A DNA stretch of 64,000 bases from Candidatus Algichlamydia australiensis (GCA_033977065.1 JAXCHI010000004.1:433236-497235), one strand, 5' to 3'. Shown: positions 20,665 through 30,641, numbered from the stretch's first letter. Numbers and translations are program-made. The notes: a model not told the origin generated them from the letters alone.

Positions 20665-20829
20665 TACTCTGTAACAGAAAATTTTGCTATTCTTTTTAAC
20701 GTGAAAGCTCTCGCGATTGGGCTATCGCAAGTCACCTAGTATTAATCAAATACGAGGTGATTTTCGATAGTTCAATCCCGAGGCTTTGACGTAAAAATAA
20801 TGCTAAAATTTTCTGTTACAGAGTACTAG
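20661..20829 (-). mobile_element. Family A-short element, inverted
   Basis: Near reverse complement of 20091-20259; terminal CTAG includes the kinase stop. Confidence 0.95.
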
Positions 20830-22058
20830 AAAGATGCAGATGAGTTCTGAAATTGGTCGCGAACTCCATCAAAATATGGATGCTCTAGTGCTTGTTTTAG
20901 ACCAATGCGATCCTCTTCTGAATAAGCGGTTAGCTTCTCAAAAAGATCTTGTGCATTTTTGTCTTTAATCGGTGTGAATTCAGGGGTTTGGCTAGGACCG
21001 ATTTTTTTGTTACACATTTCACTGCTTAATAATAACAGATCAAAGTCATCTGAGGCTGGATATGAGAAATAACCCGTTAATAAACTATAGAGAATCTGCC
21101 CAATGGAAAAAATATCTCTTTTTGAGCTGTATTCGGAATTAGTATTAAAGATTAATTTAGGCGGCATATAAAGCTTTGTACCAACAAAAGATCTTCTTTT
21201 TTTATTTTTTTCTATTTTACCTGAGGCTCCAAAATCAATAATTTTGATATCTCCATTTGGTAAAAGCAGAACATTATCCAACTTCAAATCGCAATGCATC
21301 ACTCCCTTTTCATGCATAGCAATAGTGGCTAAAATGATCTGATAAACAATTTTAGGTACAGACTCTTTTGAGATGAGTCCTTCTGCTAGTGAATTCATTA
21401 AATCTTTAGTTTCTGAATGGTATTCGGAAAGGGCGCCTAATAACTCGAAAGTATTCTTTCCAAGCAAAGAGGGATCTTCATAAAATTTTTCAATTTTCTC
21501 TGCATCAATAACACAAACGTTACCATTTTGATCTCTTGCGATGGCAATATACGCTTTATTTACATAATTGCCATATTGCAATAGCGAATTCCACTCCCTC
21601 TCAATTCGCTTTTTACTCAGTTTATAAGAGCTTGTATTTCGCTCACTTACTAAGTCTTTATAGGCGTAATACTTAACGCCATTTTCTGTATTGTAACTAC
21701 ATTTTAAGACATTAGATTCACCACCATCACCTAACTTTTCGTATGTCTGAAAGCGAGAAAAGAACTCTTTTAGATTGCGATGAGTATAGATGGAAAACGG
21801 AGGTCTAGAGGAGTAGCGAATTCCTAAAAATTCATTAAACTGAAAAAGACTGTTACTAAGTCGATTTACTCTTGCCTGCGGGCCTTTTTTACAAAGTTTT
21901 TCTGCGTTTATTCTAATTTGTAGTGCTTCTTTTGGCGATTCTCTTAAAAAATCAAGTACGCTTCGATCGCTAAATATATCTTGAAGCGTTTCTGTCTCTA
22001 AGATTTTTCCATCGTGAATTGCAGCTAATTGAATAAATGGATTTACTTGATTTATCAT
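20826..22058 (-). CDS. Hanks-type Ser/Thr protein kinase, candidate effector
   Basis: LGDGGES, YAYK, HCDLKLDN, DFG, DIFSIG, HPYF; APE motif reads PPK. Confidence 0.9.
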   Translation of the reverse strand: MINQVNPFIQLAAIHDGKILETETLQDIFSDRSVLDFLRESPKEALQIRINAEKLCKKGPQARVNRLSNSLFQFNEFLGIRYSSRPPFSIYTHRNLKEFFSRFQTYEKLGDGGESNVLKCSYNTENGVKYYAYKDLVSERNTSSYKLSKKRIEREWNSLLQYGNYVNKAYIAIARDQNGNVCVIDAEKIEKFYEDPSLLGKNTFELLGALSEYHSETKDLMNSLAEGLISKESVPKIVYQIILATIAMHEKGVMHCDLKLDNVLLLPNGDIKIIDFGASGKIEKNKKRRSFVGTKLYMPPKLIFNTNSEYSSKRDIFSIGQILYSLLTGYFSYPASDDFDLLLLSSEMCNKKIGPSQTPEFTPIKDKNAQDLFEKLTAYSEEDRIGLKQALEHPYFDGVRDQFQNSSASF

Positions 22059-22084
22059 AAATTAGTTTGGTTTATGGACTTAAA

Positions 22085-22197
22085 TAGCAATTTGTAACAG
22101 AAAATTTTGCTACTCTTTTTAGCGTCAAAGCTCTCGCGCTTGTGCTATCACAAGAGTTTTGACGTAAAAAACTAAAATTTTTTGTTACAAAGCACTA
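22085..22197. mobile_element. Degenerate family-A mini element
   Basis: TA-GCAATTTGTAACAGAAAATTTT...TTTTTGTTACAAAGCAC-TA with shortened hairpin core. Confidence 0.8.
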
Positions 22198-22315
22198 AGG
22201 AGGTCTATAGCTTTGGTTTTTGTTATGAGTTGGATAATCATGTTTAGTGATTTGTATAAGATTAACATCCTATGAAAAATTCTTAAAGTTGTCGAGTGGG
22301 AATTTTTAAATAGAG

Positions 22316-22702
22316 CTATTCTTCAAGGTTCTCTTCAAAAATTTTAAGAAACTGATCTTCAAATTGGTGGCCATAGCGATGAAAGTCTTCCATAAGATGG
22401 GAGAGGTCGGAGTTTTCAGGCTCTTGGTGCTTAAGACTAAGGGCTGCATCAAAGAGAGTAAGATTAGAAGCGAAAGGAGCCCCCCAGGGTGTCGAGATGA
22501 AGTGGTGAATGAGCTCGCCATCCTCTTCATTGTAGGATGAGTCGCTTTCAAGGGTCATAATGTCGTTTGCGAGAGTTCCTAAGAATTCGGGATCATGTGC
22601 AAGCTCCTCATGAGCTGCGAGATTCTCCCAATCTTCTCGAACTTTTTTTAAATCTTCTTTAAGTTTTTGATTAGTAGTGGTTTTCTTTTTTTTCTTCGAC
22701 AT
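22316..22702 (-). CDS. Hypothetical acidic protein with basic N-terminus
   Basis: 128-aa ORF downstream of adk. Confidence 0.6.
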   Translation of the reverse strand: MSKKKKKTTTNQKLKEDLKKVREDWENLAAHEELAHDPEFLGTLANDIMTLESDSSYNEEDGELIHHFISTPWGAPFASNLTLFDAALSLKHQEPENSDLSHLMEDFHRYGHQFEDQFLKIFEENLEE

Positions 22703-22738
22703 TCTAATTAACCCTCAAAACTAATTTTATAGGATTAA

Positions 22739-23407
22739 TTAATTATTTGAAGAGATTAATTTTACTAAATTTGTAAATACTTCCTCTTTAGAGGTTTCGC
22801 ATGACAAAGTTTGTAATTGTCCCAACTTTTTGAAAAATTCTAAAAGGGGGATTGTCAGTTCTTGGTAGACATTAAGGCGGTTAAGGGCGACCTCTTCTGA
22901 ATCATCTTCCCTAGTGTAGAGCTCACTCCCGCAGATATCGCAAACTCCTTCAATTTGAGGCGGAGCGAAGCTCTTATGGTAGGAGGTGCCACAATTCTTG
23001 CAAAGAATTCGACCCAAAATTCGCTTTAAGAGGGTCTCTTTTGAGACATCAAAGTAGATGGCGCGAATTTCGGCATCATTGCCAAGGCGCTTTTGTAGAA
23101 TCTCGCCCTGAGAGAGCGTGCGCGGAAAGCCATCTAGAATAAATCCGTGAGAACAATCGGGCTCGCTCACTCTTTCAAATAAAATATCTACAACAAGGGA
23201 GTCAGGGCCGAGTTCTCCTCGATCTATATACTCTTTTGCTTTCAGTCCGAGTGGTGTGCCCTGTTTAATATTTTCTCTGAGAATATCGCCTGTTGAGATG
23301 TGAGGGATTTTGAATTTTTTCTTTATTAGAGCTGCTTGGGAACCCTTCCCACAGCCAGGCGCTCCAAGTAAAATTAGAATTTGTTTTTTAGTGATTACAG
23401 AGGTCAT
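22739..23407 (-). CDS. adk: Adenylate kinase
   Basis: GAPGCGKG, HISTGD, LDGFPR, zinc lid CxxC...CxxC. Confidence 0.97.
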   Translation of the reverse strand: MTSVITKKQILILLGAPGCGKGSQAALIKKKFKIPHISTGDILRENIKQGTPLGLKAKEYIDRGELGPDSLVVDILFERVSEPDCSHGFILDGFPRTLSQGEILQKRLGNDAEIRAIYFDVSKETLLKRILGRILCKNCGTSYHKSFAPPQIEGVCDICGSELYTREDDSEEVALNRLNVYQELTIPLLEFFKKLGQLQTLSCETSKEEVFTNLVKLISSNN

Positions 23408-24363
23408 AATCGACTAATTTTAAAGGAAAAAACGGGAGAAGTCAAATTTCGACTTCGGCTGCTCCACTCTGTAAAAGTTGTAGTAAAATTATCACTGTTC
23501 TCTCTTACATATGTATAGAATTGTTTTAAAAAAATGGCGCGGTTGAGTTGGTGTTGGTACTTCCATTTTGATGGGCTACAGATGTTTATTAGGTTGATTC
23601 CACCAAGATGCTGTTGCCGTGTAATAATTTCTTCAAAAGAGACGTTATTTGCGTTTTTCATCATGTCATAGAGACAGAGAAAGGTCGTCGCACGCCCGAC
23701 ACCTGATGAGCAGTGAAAGTGCAGGTGGCTCTTTTCTGGGAGGCCTTTTGTAAATGCAATAAAGCGATCGACCATCTCGTTGGATGGACGGATATGATCT
23801 GTAACAGGAATTCGAAAATAGCCGAGATTCAGTTCATGGCAGAGCTGCTCTTCACTGCAAACATAGTGAATGGCTGTTGGCAGCTTGAGCATAGTAATGT
23901 AATTTTTTCCTGTATCTTTTTCTAATATTTTGTGGAGATTGAGTTTTTTTTGTAATCGAGTGCTGCTAAGGCGCTATTGTTCATCGCGTATAACATCGTG
24001 AATACTTAACCCCTGATTGATCCAATTTTTCGCTACGTACCAGCTTACGGCGTAATTGTTAATAAAACCGTGAGACTCTTGGCGCAGGTCGATAATGACT
24101 AGGTGCTCGTTAGAAAACTCTGTTTTGATTGCGCGCAGCTCTTCAATCGAGAATTGAGAACTTGCCGAAGCGTGCATCTCGCTTAAGCCCTCATTTGAAA
24201 TCGCAGATAGGCTCGGGTCAAAAAAAGAGAGAGGTGCTACATTGCGAAATCGGTTAGGAAGAGTAGATGAAGTCGTTAAAGAGTTAATAATTAGTAGCGG
24301 TTCAGCTGGGAAGAGAGGAAGAGAAAAAACAATAGATAACACCAAAAGCGCTAATTTACCCAT
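23404..24363 (-). pseudogene. PTP-like phytase split by one in-frame TAG
   Basis: Signal peptide, DLRQESHG, VTDH, HCSSGVGR; both ORFs share a frame with 27 open codons between them. Confidence 0.85.
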
Positions 24364-24387
24364 AGTTTGGACACTACTTAGGAAATC

Positions 24388-24804
24388 TTATTTTTGCAAG
24401 CGCTTCTCAGGCACCACAAAGAGGGCGAGGATATAAACAATAATTGCAGGGAAAAATCCCGTAAAAATTCCAATGACTACTGTTGCTAAACGAATGATGT
24501 TGGCATCGATCCCAAAATACTCTGCAAAACCTGCGCAAACGCCCCCGATCATCCGATTTTTCTTTGAGCGGTAGAGCTTTTTACATTTGGGGGCAACATA
24601 GGCTTTTGGGCCTTCAGGAATCAACCACCAAGCGAGTAGATAGAGCAGGAGCATAATTCCAAAGGTAGGAAAGAGCAAAATAAGAAAGGCGATGCGAACA
24701 AGTGTGGGATCAATTTTTAAGTAGTGACCAAGCCCACCACAAACTCCCGCAATTTTACGATCCCAACGACAACGAAAAAGCTTCATACTCCTAGAATATC
24801 CCAT
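24388..24804 (-). CDS. PspC domain protein (two PspC domains)
   Basis: Two LxR...IxGVCxG...D...R repeats. Confidence 0.9.
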   Translation of the reverse strand: MGYSRSMKLFRCRWDRKIAGVCGGLGHYLKIDPTLVRIAFLILLFPTFGIMLLLYLLAWWLIPEGPKAYVAPKCKKLYRSKKNRMIGGVCAGFAEYFGIDANIIRLATVVIGIFTGFFPAIIVYILALFVVPEKRLQK

Positions 24805-25604
24805 GGAATGGGAGAAGTAAAGAAGATCTCTTTGCCTTTTCTAGGATGAAAAAACCTAAGGCGTTCAGCATGAAGCGCTAACCGTTTTAAAGGGTTGCAT
24901 ATCGATCCATATTTACGATCGCCTACGATAGGGTGTCCCTTTTCGCTTAAGTGAACGCGAATTTGATTTTTGCGTCCTGTTTCAAGTTTTACACGAAGGT
25001 AACTCAAATTTTTGCTCTCTTTGAGTACTTCATAGTGCGTAATGGCAAGTTTTCCATTTTTACCACTGCGAACAAAAAAATTCGTGTCTTCACTTAAGTA
25101 ACTTTTGATTTTACCCTTTTTTTCTTTCAGGTGCCCTTCTACAACAGCGTAGTAAATTCTCTCTGGTGCATGAGCAGCGAACTGCTCTTTTAGCTCCTCT
25201 TTTGTCTTCTCATTGCAAGCAAAGACAAGAATTCCGGAGGTATCGCGATCGAGGCGGTGAACGGGGAAAATGCGTCGAGTAGGGTAGTGACGCTTTAAAA
25301 TCGAGTGGACACTTGGATTCAATCCTTTTGTATCATCAACAGAGAGAAGACCTATCGGTTTGTCGACAACAACAAGATCTTGATCAGAAAAAAGAATTTT
25401 TAAATTATGGTCGAGGTAGGTTGCGCGGGGGAGTAGATCAATTTTTTCCTTTTTATCAACTGGAGTAGAGGGGTTTTTTACTATATGCCCTGCAACAACT
25501 ACGCGTCCAGCTTGAATCATCGAGCGGAGTGTACTTTTTGAGCTGTCTGGAAACTCTTTTTCTAAGGCTACTAGTATATTCATATGTAACATTATAATTG
25601 ACAA
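24783..25604 (-). CDS. RluA-family pseudouridine synthase
   Basis: HRLDRDTSG, TGRKNQIRVH, GDRKYG, LHA. Confidence 0.93.
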   Translation of the reverse strand: MSIIMLHMNILVALEKEFPDSSKSTLRSMIQAGRVVVAGHIVKNPSTPVDKKEKIDLLPRATYLDHNLKILFSDQDLVVVDKPIGLLSVDDTKGLNPSVHSILKRHYPTRRIFPVHRLDRDTSGILVFACNEKTKEELKEQFAAHAPERIYYAVVEGHLKEKKGKIKSYLSEDTNFFVRSGKNGKLAITHYEVLKESKNLSYLRVKLETGRKNQIRVHLSEKGHPIVGDRKYGSICNPLKRLALHAERLRFFHPRKGKEIFFTSPIPWDILGV

Positions 25605-25626
25605 ATCATTAAAATTCCATTAAATT
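25598..25626 (+). promoter_or_regulatory. Sigma70/66-type promoter (copy 1)
   Basis: TTGACA-17 nt-TAAATT. Confidence 0.6.
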
Positions 25627-25662
25627 CCAATAAACATTAAATAAATTTCTTTATTTATTCTC

Positions 25663-26019
25663 GTGCTCTCCTTTGCTTTATTGGGAGAAGAATATGCATT
25701 TAAAGGGAAACACTTCATTGCTAGCTATTACGGGTGTAAACTAAAACCTCTGTGCGATCTTGAAAGGCTCAAAAAAACATTATTAGAAGCGTCAAATGAA
25801 TCAGGTGCTTCTGTCTTGAATCATATTGATCATCAATTTGAACCGAATGGATTAACCATGGTGATACTCCTTTCTGAAAGTCACGCCTCAATCCACACCT
25901 ATCCAGAGCATAGAGCTTGTTTTATCGGTCTTTTTACCTTTTGGGATAAGTATTCAGCGGATTGATTTGATCAGCATTTGCAAAGATATTTCAAGCCTGA
26001 AGATGTTAATAAAAGCTAA
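25663..26019 (+). pseudogene. speH: Decayed S-adenosylmethionine decarboxylase (SpeH-type)
   Basis: GKHF, LSESHASIHTYPE; DxFTCG eroded to GLFTFW; in-frame TGA at 25963-25965 followed by plausible coding sequence (FDQHLQRYFKP). Confidence 0.75.
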
Positions 26020-26113
26020 CTGAGCGATTATGAAAACTCAAGGTCTTTCTTATAGATCAAAGTGAATCGTAAAAAAAATCGACCGAATTTTTATTCGGAG
26101 GTACTTTCTAAAA

Positions 26114-26142
26114 TTGACAAATCGCTAAAATTCCATTAAATT
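26114..26142 (+). promoter_or_regulatory. Sigma70/66-type promoter (copy 2)
   Basis: TTGACA-17 nt-TAAATT; 30/32 identical to the copy at 25596. Confidence 0.6.
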
Positions 26143-26173
26143 CTCTTTTTTAGATTTTAAGTGGGATTATATC

Positions 26174-27895
26174 ATGTCTACAATTGGCTTCACACCTCAA
26201 CAAGTTGTCGACCAAAATTTTTACGGTACATGTCCTAAAGTCGATATTTTTGATCTTGCCAAACGTCTTGATTTTTTTGCGTACTTCTCTTTTTCTAACT
26301 TTAGTCAAGAGGAAGTCAATGAAAAATCAGTACGGGGGCTAACTCCTTTACATGTTGCGGTAATTACAGAAAATTTTCCAGCTGTTGGGGAACTCCTGAA
26401 AAGAGGTGCTGACCCTACAGCCCAAGATAATGAGGGGTGGACCCCAAAACACCATGCAGCACTAATTGAAGATTCAGCTATTCTTAATCTACTTCTTCCC
26501 AAAGGGGGAAATGAGGTCAAAAATAAAAATGGGGGCACGTGGAAAGATTTAAGAGAGCTTGCTTTTCCCGAAAATCAAGAGCCACCAGAAGATCAGAACG
26601 TTTTTTACTATGAGTTAGAAGGGAGAGTTGTACCGGGGACAGCAAAAAAATTTCAAGAGCTTACAGGGGCTAAGTTTGCTCACCAAATGCTTGCGAATCC
26701 TGGCTTTTTTAACCATCAGTGGAGGCAGGTGAAGGAAGAGCACTCTCTTTCAAATTTATGCCTAAAAATTCATGACAGAACCCACCCGGTGGTACTTGAA
26801 AAGTATAAAAAATTTATGCAAAAACCTCCAAACCTCTACTTAAAAAAAACCCGTGCAGGATATGGGGTTTTTGCAAACGAAGAGATTCCTTCTGGATCCA
26901 TCGCTCTTACTTATTTTGGGAGAGCTCTGATCGAGGAAAATAGTTCTGATTATCGGATGGACCTATGCGATGGAAAGGAAGAAGGTAATTTAGGTACAAG
27001 AGTCAATGATGGTCAACCAAATGTCACGCCTTTATTTTTAAAAAATTTCGCAGGTTTACCTAGTCTTCGTCTCTTTTACACAATAAAAAAAATCTTTCCT
27101 GGTGAGCAACTACTTTTTAGTTACGGTGAAGGTCACACAGTTAAATATGAAAGGTACATCAATATTGCGGGAATAAAAGCAGCGATTAAAGAGTACAGGG
27201 ACGAATCTTTAAAGGAAAAAATTTCTCTCTATAAAAAATTTTATGACGAGAGGAATGAAATTGAGCTTCAAGGACAGATGGCGACTCTTGACTACCTTTT
27301 TTCATCTCCATTATTGCAACTAAAACTTCTTCTTAAGGGGGTTCTAACAATCAATGTTTTAAAGAGTGCAGAAAAAGAAATAAAGTGTATCAGCTACGAG
27401 GATGCTGTTAGGCTTTCTTCAAGTATTGCAAAAAATGTTTCGAAGGCTTGTGCTATGGCTCCTGACCCACAAGCTGCAAAGAGCTCTTTCACTTCTTTTT
27501 TTGAAGATCTTTCAGTAGAACTGCCGCAAAACTTTGCGCTTGGATGCTTTGACAAGATTGTTAGGAATCATTTAAAGATACTAAATATTCCTGGAATCCC
27601 TTTTAATCAAATGTGTTTCAGTAAAATGATGTTGCGCAGTTTTTGTGAAGAGGTTATTCACGATTTCATAAGAGAAAAATTCACTCCGAAGGAAGAAGAA
27701 AAGTTAATCTCTTCCGAATACGCCTTAAGAAGAGCTGCTTTTCAAGGAGACCTTTATTCAGTCACTTTTTTAATTGAGAAAGGGCATGTAGAAAACCCGT
27801 ATTCTAAAGATCCTAAATCTGGAAAAACTGCTCTTGATTTAGCAATAAAGAAGGGACATACAAAGATTATAGAGTACTTGAGGGGGGGGGGGTAA
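26174..27895 (+). CDS. Ankyrin-SET-ankyrin protein, candidate lysine methyltransferase effector
   Basis: GLTPLHVA, GWTPKHHA, GKTALDLA ankyrin repeats; GYGVFA, RVNDGQPN, GEQLLFSYG SET motifs. Confidence 0.85.
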   Translation: MSTIGFTPQQVVDQNFYGTCPKVDIFDLAKRLDFFAYFSFSNFSQEEVNEKSVRGLTPLHVAVITENFPAVGELLKRGADPTAQDNEGWTPKHHAALIEDSAILNLLLPKGGNEVKNKNGGTWKDLRELAFPENQEPPEDQNVFYYELEGRVVPGTAKKFQELTGAKFAHQMLANPGFFNHQWRQVKEEHSLSNLCLKIHDRTHPVVLEKYKKFMQKPPNLYLKKTRAGYGVFANEEIPSGSIALTYFGRALIEENSSDYRMDLCDGKEEGNLGTRVNDGQPNVTPLFLKNFAGLPSLRLFYTIKKIFPGEQLLFSYGEGHTVKYERYINIAGIKAAIKEYRDESLKEKISLYKKFYDERNEIELQGQMATLDYLFSSPLLQLKLLLKGVLTINVLKSAEKEIKCISYEDAVRLSSSIAKNVSKACAMAPDPQAAKSSFTSFFEDLSVELPQNFALGCFDKIVRNHLKILNIPGIPFNQMCFSKMMLRSFCEEVIHDFIREKFTPKEEEKLISSEYALRRAAFQGDLYSVTFLIEKGHVENPYSKDPKSGKTALDLAIKKGHTKIIEYLRGGG

Positions 27896-28063
27896 GAAAT
27901 GACAGGAGAGCTTAGAGAGTGTCTCCAAATTAAAATTGAGTCGATCTTTTGATTCTTATGAGCCGCCTTGCATGCGCACACTTGGAAATCTTACCTTCTT
28001 GTATGAAAAGCTTTGGTTGCAGATTAAATTTTTTTTTGCAAATCTGCAGAAAAAGGTTTATCT

Positions 28064-28528
28064 ATGGCAAAGCGGATTAAATTTGTGACATCTCTTTCAA
28101 ACTTAGGTTATGTAGTAGGATGTATTATTCTCTACCTCATAGCCCTACTGATCATTACAAGTTCATGCGTCACAATTTTCCAAGATGTCTTTTCTCCTGA
28201 ATTTAGTGTTTACACAATCCTTGATGAAGTGGGACTTATTGTTTTCTCAATTGCGGTAATTGATGTAGGCAAATATTTAATGTTGGAAGAAGTGATCTCA
28301 CGTTCAAGAGAGAAAAACGATCCTAGTGAAATGCGGCGTACGCTGACAAAACTTGCTGTAATTATTGCAACAGCTCTCTCTTTGGAGGGGCTAGTTCTTA
28401 CGATTGAAGTGGCAAAAACCAATATTCAAAATATTTTTTATCCAGTTGCAGTGCTCTTAACCGCAACACTTTTTATTGTAGGGCTAGGGGTCTATCAGAA
28501 ACTGAATGCTAGTTCAGAGAGGGAGTGA
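28064..28528 (+). CDS. Four-TM membrane protein (PsiE-like)
   Basis: Four hydrophobic segments; EE...RRTLTK motif. Confidence 0.6.
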   Translation: MAKRIKFVTSLSNLGYVVGCIILYLIALLIITSSCVTIFQDVFSPEFSVYTILDEVGLIVFSIAVIDVGKYLMLEEVISRSREKNDPSEMRRTLTKLAVIIATALSLEGLVLTIEVAKTNIQNIFYPVAVLLTATLFIVGLGVYQKLNASSERE

Positions 28529-29531
28529 TCTCTTCTTCTACTTCTGCAAGAGCAGCACTAATTTGATCGGTATCGGTATTAAAGGAATTGATAAACGCAG
28601 AGATTTTCTCCTGCATATGATCTCGCTTTGCAATCGGATAACTCACCTCTATTTTGTAGAGAATGCGATCGCGTACAAGCAAGCGTCCTTTGATCTCGCG
28701 ATCACCAGCTTGGTGCATTGTGAAGTTTAAGCCAGAGAGGTTTTGGTATTTAACAGTTTTTTTTGAAACAATTTCTGTATGAGGGAGGTGCGCGGCAATC
28801 GCTTTAATCGCTCCCTTTAAAAGAAGACCATTTCCCCATTGTAGCCAGCTATTAGGCAATTTAGAATAGCTTACCGAGTAAGTAAAATCCCCCTCTTCGT
28901 GGATGTACTCAGAGTAATCAAGAGGTTTTTTACCAGGAATCGGAAGAGGTCTCTGTGAAAATTTAGGATTTTTAGGGAAATCAACAGCGAATGAACCATC
29001 AGTATGAGTCAAATGGTACCAATCTTTATTGCCTCCGAACATGGACATGACTGTTTTGGGATTTTCAAAAAGCTGCTCTTCAAAGAGCCAACCAGTAAAG
29101 CAAGTCATCAACAGAACTGTGCCAATAACAACTCTTCGGCTCTTTGGAATGATTTGAATTTCATGGATACGATCAAATTGACTCTCTGATTTTTTTGCGA
29201 GAAAAAGGATGGGGTAGAGCAGGTTAACAGGAGAGAAGATTTTGATTCCTAAAAGGAGCGAGCGCTTTAGTGCAGTTTTCCACGAGAGCCTTTTTCCTTC
29301 TTTATTTGCGACTTCTACTCCAAAAAGCTTATATCCAAGCGTAGCCCCAAATGCTTTAAGCATAACTGCTTCTACAGGAATAAAGAAGAGAGGAAGAAGC
29401 AGAGAAAAGAGGATGGCACCAAATGCGCTTAAAGGAATTCCTATTACTTTAAAGAAAAAAGTAACTGTAAAGTAAAAAATAAAATAATCTAAGGTACGGC
29501 CGGCTAAGCGGGATAGTGCTTTAATTTTCAT
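28509..29531 (-). CDS. RDD family membrane protein with soluble C-terminal domain
   Basis: R...R..D, GATLGYKLFG, D..H motifs. Confidence 0.8.
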   Translation of the reverse strand: MKIKALSRLAGRTLDYFIFYFTVTFFFKVIGIPLSAFGAILFSLLLPLFFIPVEAVMLKAFGATLGYKLFGVEVANKEGKRLSWKTALKRSLLLGIKIFSPVNLLYPILFLAKKSESQFDRIHEIQIIPKSRRVVIGTVLLMTCFTGWLFEEQLFENPKTVMSMFGGNKDWYHLTHTDGSFAVDFPKNPKFSQRPLPIPGKKPLDYSEYIHEEGDFTYSVSYSKLPNSWLQWGNGLLLKGAIKAIAAHLPHTEIVSKKTVKYQNLSGLNFTMHQAGDREIKGRLLVRDRILYKIEVSYPIAKRDHMQEKISAFINSFNTDTDQISAALAEVEEEITPSLN

Positions 29532-29576
29532 GCGAATTAGTATAACTTAATTTTCTTTATTATTCAAATAAAACTA

Positions 29577-30641
29577 TTATTTTACACAAGGCTTAATTAT
29601 AGCACCGCCGAGACAGCGGGCTCCATCGTAGAAAACGATAGATTGACCAGGAGTAACAGCTCTTTGAGGTTTTTCAAATTTTGCAATAAGTTGCTCTCCG
29701 CTAGAGTCTAAAGTACAGGGAGAATCTTCCTGGCGGTAGCGGATTTTTGCCGTGCAGCTAAACGGGAAGTTGGGGGCTGTGCCAGCGATCCAAAAAGCGT
29801 CACTTGCGACTACTTTGCTTTGGAAGAGGGCAGGATGATTTTCACCTTGTACGAGATAGACAGTATTCTCTTCGTGCGCCTTATCGGCAACAAACCAAGC
29901 CTCTCCGGGTCCGCCGATGCCTAACCCTTTGCGCTGGCCAATTGTGTAGAGATGTGATCCTTCGTGCTGACCTAAAACTTTTCCTTCTAAAGTTTTAAAT
30001 GGTCCCGGCTTTGGTTTGAGGTACTGAGAGAGAAAGGGGCGAAATGCGCGTTTGCCAATGAAGCAGATACCGGTGCTATCTTTTTTCGCATGGGTGTAGA
30101 GATTATGCTCCCTAGCAATTTTACGTACCTCAGGCTTTGGGAGGTGGCCAATAGGAAAGAGAGTGTCTCCTAATTTTTCATGGGAGACAGCGTGTAAAAA
30201 GTAGGATTGGTCTTTGTTGGGGTCAAACCCTTTTAAAAGAGTGGTTCTGCCATCTGTTTCCCCAATTTGACAATAGTGACCCGTAGCCAGTTTATCAGCT
30301 CCCAGACGTTTTGCCTTTTCTAGAAGATGGGAAAATTTAATTTGGCGATTGCAGAGAATATCTGGGTTAGGAGTGACTCCTTTGGCAAAGCCATCAAGGC
30401 ACTCAGAAAAGACTTCATCCCAGTACTCTTTTGTAAAATTTACTGTATAGTAGGGAATGCCAATCTGTTCACAGACGCGTGCCATATCGGCGTAATCTGC
30501 CTCTGCTGGGCAATCTTCGCCCTCTTCCCAGTTGCGCATGAAGAGACCAAAAACCTCATATCCCTGCTCTTTTAAGAGCAAAGCGCTAACTGAGGAGTCA
30601 ACCCCACCAGACATTCCAACTGCTACTATTGGTTTTTTCAT
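29577..30641 (-). CDS. mnmA: tRNA 2-thiouridylase MnmA
   Basis: GMSGGVDS, NPDILCN, ATGHY, KDQSYFL, TPGQ. Confidence 0.97.
   Translation of the reverse strand: MKKPIVAVGMSGGVDSSVSALLLKEQGYEVFGLFMRNWEEGEDCPAEADYADMARVCEQIGIPYYTVNFTKEYWDEVFSECLDGFAKGVTPNPDILCNRQIKFSHLLEKAKRLGADKLATGHYCQIGETDGRTTLLKGFDPNKDQSYFLHAVSHEKLGDTLFPIGHLPKPEVRKIAREHNLYTHAKKDSTGICFIGKRAFRPFLSQYLKPKPGPFKTLEGKVLGQHEGSHLYTIGQRKGLGIGGPGEAWFVADKAHEENTVYLVQGENHPALFQSKVVASDAFWIAGTAPNFPFSCTAKIRYRQEDSPCTLDSSGEQLIAKFEKPQRAVTPGQSIVFYDGARCLGGAIIKPCVK

Noticed and set aside
19972..20829. CRISPR-array or integron interpretation of the repeated palindromic junctions
   Set aside because: The intervening units are 160-400 bp multicopy elements, not unique spacers or gene cassettes, and no cas or integrase gene is present.
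27882..27892. G11 tract as a phase-variation switch
   Set aside because: It lies in the last codons of the Ank-SET gene; losing one G only changes the end to RGGGKK*, so it cannot switch the gene off.
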